Origin: Octopus sinensis
Lineage: Eukaryota
Direction of reading: 5' to 3'
Length of the DNA stretch: 64,000 bases
Assembly: GCF_006345805.1 (NCBI RefSeq)
Contig: NC_043000.1
Location: 143,902,001 to 143,966,000 of the forward strand
Shown here piece after piece: positions 54,231 through 64,000 of the stretch. Under the pieces are notes generated by a model that saw only the letters and a program-made list of their open reading frames with translations, made no database searches and had not been told where the DNA came from. Made by a program: the position numbers and the translations under genes. The first letter of the stretch is position 1, and each line of letters opens with the position of its first letter.

Positions 54231-55129
54231 TAATAGGAGAAGATGCAAAAAAACCTTCAAAATCTGTTCAGAAATTTCTAACTTTCTGATTGGTCTGAAC
54301 TGTCTTTCCCTGATGGCCCATTCTGGATATAGAGTGAGGACAACAAGTCATCCAGGCAGGGATAGTGTAGGTTGCACACAGTGCAAATTGGTCGAGTACA
54401 CTGACCACAAATATGTGATTGGCACTGTCGATTTAGTTAAAGCACGTAGACAGAGGCCCGATCACTGGATGTTGAACGCGTATTTATCAGCAAGAAAAGA
54501 TTATAGGGACCCCATTAATACAGTAGTTAAGGAGCTGTTGACTGATGGCTGCTATGACGTGTGGGATGCAATCGTCTGTTGGCGAATCCATAGAAAATAT
54601 TTTCCATGGATTTTCTGCTGTTTTCCCCCTCATCTTTTGCCATGCCTGGCAAAGTGCTTAGCGGCATTACGTTATTTCCCATTCTTGTGTTCTGAGTTCA
54701 ATTCCACCGCGATCAGCTTCAACTATCATCATTTTGGGGTTGATAAAATAAGTACCAGTTACACAGTGGAATCTATGAAATTGACTTACTCCTTCTCCAG
54801 CATCGTTAGCCAAGTACCATCATTTGAAATCATCATTATTATTATTGTTGTTACCTTTTCGTTTCCATTTTTTTCATCTTCCAGTCGGATTTAAACTACA
54901 GAGCTAAGTGCGCATATACAAAACGGAGAGAAACTTCCTGTGAAGGCGACCTGTTGATGTCAGTACAAAGTTTTTAACCCCGTAGATTGTTAGTCTCTGG
55001 GATCTCCTCATAAATTTGTGATACCTTTCTAGGTATTTCGCAGGCCACCCACAACAATAGATATGGTTGTGGGTTTAAGTGCCATTTCATATATATCTCA
55101 ATCTCAAAGTACACGATTATTATTACTTA

Positions 55130-55670
55130 TTATTATTGAGTGAGAGAGCAGTGAAGCTGTGGTACAGATGAACAAAGCCCAATGTACCCATCATGACTAC
55201 CCGTCTGATAAGGGTACACCATTCATATGCATCACAACCATATGTGAGCGTCATGCTACTTTCATATCAAAATATACAGCGCATGACCTTGCTGGTAGAA
55301 CCCAGTTAGAAGTGTCTTCAGGTCAAGTAGCCATCCCACTCAAAATGTCTTTAAATAATTGGTTGTTCCTTGTTTTGAATAAAACACCTATGTTTCTGGA
55401 GGCTAATTATTCAAGCCCCAAAGAGTTCCTCTCAACACATCACTATGATGCTACCCCACTGCTTCTGCACGTGATCAGGGAATCACAAAATGTTAGCTAC
55501 CAAGGAACATGCTCAATTAGTTAAGGTCGCGCAGTTGACAAGCAAATCTGTGGTATGAACATAATATTTGCTGGAGCCCATCTTTTATATCAAGACAAAA
55601 TGTATACATGCTAACATTTCCACTCAGTGAAAACCAGAAGCCATGAAAGCCAGTGCTTGGTAATGCATCA
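55130..55670 (-). mobile_element. Non-coding (TAA)n-tailed retroposon fragment (SINE-like or long LINE 3' UTR)
   Basis: Its 3' end matches 10384-10533. It is bounded by TAA tracts at both ends, and no convincing protein is encoded. Confidence 0.65.
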
Positions 55671-55672
55671 GA

Positions 55673-55738
<66 letters not shown>

Positions 55739-55766
55739 TATCATCATTATTATTATTATTATTATT

Positions 55767-57484
55767 CAGTAGTTTTATTTTTATAGCGTGCTTTCACTTC
55801 ACTACCGAGCGCAGCTCTGTGTGCCTTGGGTATGTGCTGTGATTTGTTGTGATGCTCTGATGGTTATTGTATGGAAAGTGTTCTGCGTAGGATGTGTGCA
55901 GTGCCTAGTAGTGCAATTTTCTGTATGTTATATGTGTTTGTAAGTCCTAGTGTTTTTGTTATGTATTTGTCTGAATATTTTTTTATCATGCCTAATGCAC
56001 CTACTATGATAGGAATTGTTTCTGTTTTCAGGTTCCACATTCTAGTTACCTCTATTTCCAGGTCTTTGTATTTTGAGAGTTTCTCCATTTCTTTCAGAGA
56101 CACGTTGTCATCTGCCGGTATTGATACATCAATTAGAAAGCATTTTTTTCTTCATGATCTCTGACAACTATATCTGGTCTGTTGGCCTTAATTTCTCTAT
56201 CTGTGTGTATCGGCATATCCCAGAGTATGGTTGCTTTCTCGTTTTCTGTGACCTTTTCTGGAGTGTGCCTATACAATCTTTTTTCTGTTGTTATTCCATA
56301 ATGTTGGCATAGCTTCCAATGTATGTAGGTTCCAACTCTGTCATGTCTGTGAATATATTCCTTCTTAGCCAGGACTGGGCAGCTAGAGATAATATGATTT
56401 ATTGTTTCTTGTCCATCTCCACATATTCTGCAGTTACTTGAAATATTTCTTTTCATTACATGTTTTTGGTAATTTCTGGTGGGGAGGATTTGGTCTTGTG
56501 CTGCAATTAAAAATCCCTCTGTTTCTGCTTTGAGTCCTGAGCTTCTCAACCATTGCTGGGATTTTTCTTTGTCTATTTCTTTTGCGTTTAGTTTAGTGCA
56601 GTATTTACCATGAAGGGGTTTTTCTTGCCATCGTTTTATCATGGCTCGTTGCTGTTCTATTTTTAGTTTGGATTTCATTTGTTTTATAGCTTTTGTTGTT
56701 TCTTCATCATCTTCTTCTTCTTCTTCATGTTTATTAGGTGGTATGATTTCTTGTTTGTATTTGTCAGCTTCCTTAAATACTGAGAACAGTTTTTTGTTTT
56801 GCTCGTGTTTTGCTGCTATCTGGATCAGTTTTCCTTCCTTCTGAAGTAGGTATTTTTGCAGTCCTATGGTGGTTATTTTATAGTAGTTTTCCAGCTGTAT
56901 AAGGCCTCTACCACCTTCTATACGTTGTATATATAGTCTTCTATGTCAGATTTTGGGTGATGCATCCTAGATCCTGTCAGTATTTTTCTTGTTTTCCTAT
57001 CTATTTTGACAGTTCATTTCGTTTCCAGTTAAGGATATTGTAGCTGTAACTTATAACTGGGACAGCTAAAGTGTTGATACCTATTATCTTGTTTTTAGCA
57101 TTGAGCTCTGTTTTTAGTATTGATCTAACTCGTCTATAATATTCTTTTTTTATTTTCTCTTTCATTTGTGTGTGTTGTGTCTTATCTAGTTCATGGATTC
57201 CTAAGTATTTGTAAGTTTGGCTTTGGTCTAATTCTTTTATTTCATTGGTTTTATCTAGTGTGATGTTGTTACTCTTAACTAGTTTTCCTCTTTTCATGGT
57301 TACTTTGGCGCATTTTTCTAATCCAAATTTCATATCTATTTCTTTGGTAAATCCATGAACTGTCTTTAATAGTGTTTCCAGCTGTTTGTCATTTGCAGCG
57401 TATAGTTTTAGGTCATCCATATATAAAAGGTGGCTGATCGTTTTGCCGTAACATTTATATCCGCATCCAGTTCTATTTAGCATA

Positions 57485-57485
<1 letters not shown>
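55767..57485 (-). mobile_element. 5'-truncated R4/Dong-type RT-RLE retrotransposon, young copy
   Basis: ISHLLYMDDLKLYA (RT YMDD), FGLEKCA, YKYLG, CRICG...ETINHIISSC..LAKKEYIHRHD (CCHC), RPDIVV..CFLIDVSIP.D (RLE), IVGALG..QKIALLGTAHILRR. A ~100-bp 3' UTR and a (TAA)n tail follow. Confidence 0.92.
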
Positions 57486-57552
<67 letters not shown>

Positions 57553-57555
<3 letters not shown>

Positions 57556-57707
57556 TAGTTTTATTTTTATAGCGTGCTTTCACTTCACTACCGAGCGCAG
57601 CTCTCTGTGCCTTGGGTATGTGCTGTGATTTGTTGTGATGCTCTGATGGTTATTGTATGGAAAGTGTTCTGCGTAGGATGTGTGCAGTGCCTAGTAGTGC
57701 AATTTTC
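57553..57707 (-). mobile_element. Very short 5'-truncated copy of the same R4/Dong-type element
   Basis: Nearly identical to 55767-55920 (one visible substitution), between two (TAA)n tracts. Confidence 0.9.
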
Positions 57708-57709
57708 AA

Positions 57710-57761
<52 letters not shown>

Positions 57762-57764
57762 TTG

Positions 57765-58150
57765 CCTATTATGAAAGGCTTTCGGAAAATTCTTAATTAG
57801 CGGTTATTCTTTACTTGAATGCAGGCAATAACAAATCACCAAAGGTTTCAAGTACTGCTTTCTCACGTAACACAAAGAGATAATAATCTCATTAGAATGC
57901 GAGCTGTACCCAACAAGGTTGTCTTCTGGATCACCTTGAGCCTGACAGCAGCTCCAATATTCTTAATATGTTTTTCAATCTCTTGGAAACATTCTCTAAT
58001 TTTCCAGTTACCACCGGTGTCACCGTTACTGTCCTCATACCCCATAACTTTCCTACCTCGTTCGGCATTCGCTGGTATTTCTCCATCTTTTCTATTTCGT
58101 TAATTGTCACCCTCGAATCGCCTGGCATTGCAGCATCTATTATCTTTACA
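57765..58150 (-). mobile_element. 3' fragment of a second, older R4/Dong-type family
   Basis: KIIDAAMPGD..EIEKMEKYQ..EVGKLWGM..VTPVVTG and IQKTTLLGTARIL; frameshifted; bounded by (TAA)n. Confidence 0.8.
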
Positions 58151-58174
58151 TTATTGTTGATGTTGTTGTTATTG

Positions 58175-58209
<35 letters not shown>

Positions 58210-58284
58210 GTTTTATAATACATGAATTAATAGTTTTTTTTTCACCACAGAATTATGCCTACTTATCAAATAATCTCACCTCTT

Positions 58285-58518
58285 TTTCTTACTCGTTTTA
58301 CTTGTTTCAGTTATTTGACTGTGGCCATGCTGGAGCACCGCCTTTAGTCGAGAAAATCGACCCCAGGACTTATACTTTGGAAGCCCCAGTACTTATTCTA
58401 TCGGTCTCTTTTGCCGAACCACTAAGTGACGGGGACGTAAACACATCACCATCAGTTGTCAACTGATATTGGGGGGACAAACACCGACACACAAATACAC
58501 ACACACACGTACACAAAC

Positions 58519-58551
<33 letters not shown>

Positions 58552-58700
58552 TACATATGTACGACGGGCTTCTTTCAGTTTCCGTCTACCAAATCCACTC
58601 ACAAGGCTTTGGTCTGCCTGGGGTTACAGTAGAAGACACTTGCCCAAGGTACCACGCAGTGAGACTGAACCCGGAGCCATGTGGTTGGTAAGCAAGCTTC
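58285..58700 (-). mobile_element. Family-A tRNA-SINE
   Basis: Same blocks as the other family-A copies, with an internal (TA)n(TG)n tract. Confidence 0.9.
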
Positions 58701-60871
58701 TAATCACACAGCTACTCCTGTTTATAAATATTAAAAAGAAACATAATTATTAAATCTATTTCAAGAAATGACTCTCCAATGTGAGCATATAGTCTAAGAT
58801 TTGCTGCAGAGACAATTCTTCTAAACATTCAGTTATCTATACCCAAAGTCTACCTCCTGTGAAACTGCTTATTCATGTGCTCTGACTGAAACATATGAAT
58901 AAGATATTGTATACAGAACAGACTATCGACTTCTAACCAATGTCTGGTCTACAGAGATTTATTGAAGAACTACAAATAAAAGCTGAAGCAGCCATGCTAA
59001 CAATCATCTTAGATGTCATGATCAAATCATTGTAGTCTTTTGATGTGGACGAGTAAGTTATATTTAATTATTTATAGGTTACGTCCTGTTATTTCTCTCA
59101 TTTCCGTCGTGTTGTTTCGACAATTTCTGTTCAGCTTTTTCTATACTTTCATTCCGAATATCCTATATTTCGGTCTCCTTTACTTTATGCCATTTGAGGT
59201 ATTATATCTGATACTTCTGTAAGACAAGCTCTGAAAATGTTATAGTCGAATACATTTATTTCTATAATTTCAATTCTCTTAGTTCTGTAAAGAATTTTGC
59301 GATTCAACAAGTATTTTTCTGTTATTTTTAACAGTTCAATTTTTCAGTAAGTTGGATGTATCATTTCTTATTGGTTGCTTTGTATTACGTTCTGTAAGCC
59401 AATTTATCTTATTTCACTTCTATTTCTTACTGATGTAATTTCGTATAAAAAGCAATTACCCATTCATAAATATATGTCTTTAAGCTATATTGTTGATATT
59501 TAGCCAGAGATCAACTAAACGAACAGGAAAATTATGACAAGTGTTCGAACCTTAATCATCCCTTATTTATGTTTATCAATGTCTGAAATGTCCGATGAGT
59601 TTCTTTTTCAGGTGCTAGAAAGTGATTTGAGGGAGGTTAAATTCCATTTTTAGCTACTGTATTTTTTTAAAAATCACACTTTTAGTGATCATAACCCCCT
59701 TATAATACAAATTATATGATACCAGAAATTTATTTGACCTTATTTATATAAGCGTATTCCATTCTCATTAATTGTAGAGGTATCCTTTCTTTAGACTGGC
59801 TAAGGTATTTAGCATGTGACGGTCTTTATAATCATCTTGGCATACTATTCTTTCGTAGAGAATTCTCTCATCAGATCTAGGTTCTGAATTTGTTCATAAC
59901 CTTCATAGACGCAAAATATGTTTATAACATTTCATGCTTTTTTGTTTTTTTTTTGTTCTACACGGTAAAACCAGGCACTCCTCCCAGAACATATTTCATA
60001 ATTCCATATATGGATTCTCTTTCGAAATCTGATAAACAAATTTCAAAGACATAATCAAACTTAGGTTGCTTCCGTAACATGTTTATTGAAAGCAGTCCTG
60101 AGACAAATCTCTGTTTTTCAGTTGAAAGAACATTTCCAGCTTAATATAAGAAAGTTATTTTGCAAAACATTGGCTCAAGAAGCAGTTTGTGTACGAGCGT
60201 CTTTATTTAAGAATATATGTACAACATATGTTGCTTGAGTACGTTTGTTAATTCCGTGTGTATATTACTATGCGAACGATAACTTTTATTACTTTCCTAC
60301 AATTATTGATTTTGGCTGATCGAGTCGAAGTTAAGTTTGCGACTAAAATTCTATATAATATTACATCTTTCCAGATGAATACAGTTACCAATTGGTCAGT
60401 ATTTGTTACAACTTTATCTAAGCTAGAATCTGTTTATAATGTGTGTATGTATGTTATATGATGCTTAGATTATTAGATTAGTATTTTGGATATAACTTTC
60501 TATGTGTACTCCAGAAAATAAGGTTATCCTGAAATTGAAGTTGTGATCCTATTGTAAAATCTCAAATTTGTAATACTATTAGGATTGATACTGTTTGCTT
60601 TGCAGTAGTAAAGTGTAAAATAGTAAATATCCTGATAACCTGGAAAAATTATTATTCCCTAATTTTTCTTTTTAAATATGTATAAATATCATATATACAT
60701 AAATATTATATATATTGACACATTTGACACATTTAGTAGGTGTTACGTGTAGTATTCAAGACAGTTTTGCTCGGACCCGGCGACTTCAAGTTTCGCAGTC
60801 TCCTAACAGGAGCCAGACTTCTTCAGGCTTCTGGAATGCTAAATATGTATGTTAGTGTGTGTATATATATT

Positions 60872-60904
<33 letters not shown>

Positions 60905-60956
60905 ATATATTTATGCATAGACACACATGAGCACATGCGCGTGCATGCCCCCATCT

Positions 60957-61032
<76 letters not shown>

Positions 61033-61832
61033 GTGTTTATGAGTGTGTCAGTATATATACATACTCATATACTTGTGCAAGTGGAGAGTAACATGTAAAC
61101 CAACTCTTCTTTGAAAGCATATAATTTTGGTATATTGACCAATACCAATTTTACACTGTTCATGAACTCTATAACTATACTAGTATTCCCCTATTTCAAA
61201 TATCTAAAGCAACTAATTCTGAATATTAAAAGAAGCTACTGGGTTTACTCCACAAGAATACGTTGCAATTTTAATTCCGTGGCTATTTTGCGTAAATCAG
61301 CAATCAGAACTTAGGGAAAATTTTCTCATAACAACATTGGAATGTAATAGCACAGAAAACAAATAAGAAAAAATGACTGGTAAACTAAAAAAGAGCATTG
61401 GGGTTTAACCGTTCTAGAAACAGGCCTTTGAAAAGAATAAAATGCGTTCCATTGATATTCAATGCTTTACCTTCTCTAGTATTTGTTACTTAAGCGAGTG
61501 ATTTTAAATATGTTATACACTGGCGCTTTTACACAGCAAAACCAGTCGAGGTAATACCAAAAAGAAGAAAAAACATAATACAGCGGTATTTTAACGTACA
61601 ACAAATCAATAAACTATATAAATTATATATTAAAAACAAAAAACAAACAACGTATACGCCAAAATTTAAAATTGACCGATTTTTTTTCTTCTATTTCGGC
61701 ATATTGTGCCAAGAGTATCGAACATATAGATACACGAGCCAAATATGTCGAGGTTATAACTACTCTTTCGCTAATTTAACTACACGTGTATAAACATAAG
61801 TAAAATGTGCAAATCAAAATAAATGAAATTAC

Positions 61833-61915
61833 TTGGCATTCGAACTTAATGGACGTGTACCGGATGTCAAAACACAAGACAGCTGGCGCATGCGCAGAAA
61901 TAGTTTCGTAGACAT
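61833..61915 (-). CDS. Candidate first coding exon encoding a mitochondrial-presequence-like peptide (unconfirmed)
   Basis: ATG at 61915 with A at -3. The frame MSTKLFLRMRQLSCVLTSGTRPLSSNA is Arg/Ser/Thr-rich with no acidic residues and ends at AA|GTAATT, a good donor. It lies in a promoter-like motif cluster. No downstream exon was identified. Confidence 0.3.
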
Positions 61916-62224
61916 GATGCCAAGTGAACACCATGGTTCATTATGCACACATTTCATTGACATAAAAGGATTATAGGTTTATAATTATCGCCGCCATTTT
62001 GACCATTTTACTATCTCTACTCCTTTTCCATTGATCCATTAAATTACCCAGAAAAATATCTCTCTCTTTCTCTCTATATATAACAGAATAAAGAATACAC
62101 ACACAAACAAACACACACACACACGCACACACACACACTCACACACACATATATATATATCTGTATAACAGATTATATCTATCAAAGTATCTATCTATAT
62201 ATAAATAAGAAAATAGCAGCATAT

Positions 62225-62580
62225 TTATGGAGTTGGAAACTAAGTTCGCGCCGTTTTTTTTTTAATTTGGGAATGTATTGAGTTTTTAAATTTTGAAATC
62301 TATTTTTTCAAAGAATTCTATTTTTGAATCATTTTAGAATCTATTTCCTTTCTTTTCCTAGTTAATTTAATTAATTTTTATTTATTTTTAGATCATTAAA
62401 TTGGAATGGCAAGTTAAGAAAAGCGAGCATTTTCGGCACCTCCTTGTTTTTGCCTTTAATCAAGGTTCTAATGCCGCAAAAGCTGCTCGCGACATTTGTG
62501 CTGTGTATGGAGAGGGTGCCATAGCTGAAAGAACTGCTCGTGATTGGTATACCAAGTTCAAAAATGGAAATTGTGACCTC
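62225..62580 (+). mobile_element. Mariner element 5' fragment: TIR-like end plus HTH N-terminus of transposase
   Basis: EHFRHLLVFAFNQGSNAAKAARDICAVYGEGAIAERTARDWYTKFKNGN matches the Mos1-type HTH (R....F.F..G..A.EA...I..VYG..A...T...WF.KF+.G). GTTGGAAACTAAGTTCGCGCCGTTTTT upstream is TIR-like. Truncated at about 62580. Confidence 0.85.
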
Positions 62581-62924
62581 GTTCTGGTGTTTCCAGTGGC
62601 CCACAACATGATGACATAGGTTCATAACTGTTTGCCCTACAAACCAACAAAGGAGACTCTGCAACGCAGATCTATCTGGTTTACATACCTCCAACATCCA
62701 GCCCCAAACTACGTTCTACTGACCTACGGGAAAAAGAAAATTAATAACGTAGAGCAGGTGTATGGAAATGTTGCTTCATCAGTAGTTTAAATTAATTTCG
62801 GCCACGAGCGTGTACTCACAACTAACCAGACAGGAAACAAAATAACATCTCTAAAAATGCATCAGCATAAACAGCAGTATCTATACATTAATGTTTTTAA
62901 TAATTGTTTGTTCAAATCGCTACC

Positions 62925-63400
62925 ACGCCGGGTGAAATGTCTGGCGGTATTTCATCTGCCATTACTTTCTGAGTTCAAATTCCGCCGAGGTCGACATTGA
63001 CTTTCATCCTTTCGGGGTCGATAGATTAAGTACCAGTTACGCACTGGGGTCGATGTAATCGACTTAATCCCTTTGTCTGTCTTTGTTTGTCCCCTCTGTA
63101 TATAGCCCCTTGTGGGTAGTAAAGAAATAGCTATTTCGTAGACTGTTACGTCATGAGTTCAAATTCTGCCGAGGTTGACTGTGCCGTTCATCCTTTCGGA
63201 AGACGGTGAGCTTCCAGAAATGTTAGCACGCTAGGCGAAATGCTTAACGTATGTTGTCTGTCCTTACGTTCTTATTTCAAATTCTGCCGAGGTCAACTTT
63301 GCTTTCCGTCCTTTCGGAGTTGAAGAATTAAGTAGTAGTTGCGTACTGCGGTTGATTTAATCGACTAGCCCCTTCCACAAAAATTTCGGACCTTGCAGGA
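62925..63400 (+). mobile_element. Cluster of three family-B SINE copies or fragments
   Basis: Three GAGTTCAAATTC.GCCGAGGT..AC..TGCC.TT..TCCTTTCGG blocks at about 62970, 63155 and 63275. Confidence 0.9.
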
Positions 63401-64000
63401 AAGAATATTTTTTTCAAAGCTGAGGATAAATAATTCGGTATTAGGAGAGTCTGTGAAAATCGAGCGCTAAGAAAGTACAGCGCTAAAATAATCTGTCATT
63501 CAGGCTTATATTTGGAAGCATATTATTCCAGTCTATCAAATATTTTAACCTCATTTTCTTCGCTTAATTTCATTTAACACCAGTGTAATAGGACATAATA
63601 TGTCGCTCTATTTCCTTCACACCTCGCTCTATCTCTTAATCAATCGACTTAACTATATATCTATACATACATTCATACATAAATACATACATAAATACAT
63701 ACATACATATATGGTCAAATACACACAAATAGGTAAACATCACAGATAATTCTAGTAAAATTTTTGGCATGAACGAAACAAACAAAATACTCCACAAAGT
63801 CAAACACTGAAGACATCCACACACGTGAATACATATGTACATACATGCATACGTACGTACACACGTTCAAATATACATGCACATATATATATGCATACAC
63901 ACAAGCACACACATATATATGCATGATATACATATGTATATATGAGTGTGTGTGTGTGTGTGTGTGGTGTGTGTGTGTGTGTATGGTCACATAGGAATAA

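Noticed and set aside
54142-54894. Longest ORF in the track (250 aa)
   Set aside because: It runs across an R4/Dong fragment in the wrong frame, an unknown repeat and a family-B SINE. It has no recognisable motif and is most likely a chance frame.
60748-60839. GC-richer segment with AG/GT boundaries on the minus strand, as an exon
   Set aside because: There are stop codons in all three frames.

Overview
AT-rich eukaryotic genomic DNA, very probably from an octopus or other coleoid cephalopod. That assignment is inferred from the tRNA-derived SINE families, the LINE relics and the extreme (CA)n/(TA)n/(TAA)n microsatellite load. The window is almost all non-coding and repeat-derived, and most ORFs in the supplied track are translations of microsatellites or chance frames. 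Recognisable mobile-element content: (1) an internally deleted Ty3/gypsy LTR element with gag, a tRNA-Ser(GCT)-type PBS and two LTR-like copies (3.6-5.0 kb); (2) two Tc1/mariner transposase relics (12.2-12.7 kb, 62.2-62.6 kb); (3) an R2/NeSL-type RLE relic (27.9-28.6 kb); (4) an RTE-clade LINE with three C-terminal C2H2 fingers (31.7-33.3 kb); (5) several R4/Dong-type RT-RLE pieces, four co-oriented elements being chained through (TAA)n tracts (55.1-58.2 kb); (6) at least three tRNA-SINE families in many copies. The most striking non-coding features are a type I hammerhead ribozyme with an intact core at 30.3 kb, inside a ~0.8 kb segment bounded by a 24-bp direct repeat, three more degenerate hammerhead-like motifs next to microsatellites, two long fold-back hairpins, and two near-identical tandem duplications with breakpoints in microsatellites (possible assembly artefacts). 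No host gene could be identified with confidence. The best hint is a promoter-like motif cluster with a possible first exon encoding a mitochondrial-presequence-like peptide at 61.8-62.0 kb (minus strand). No CRISPR array, rRNA or bona fide tRNA gene was seen.
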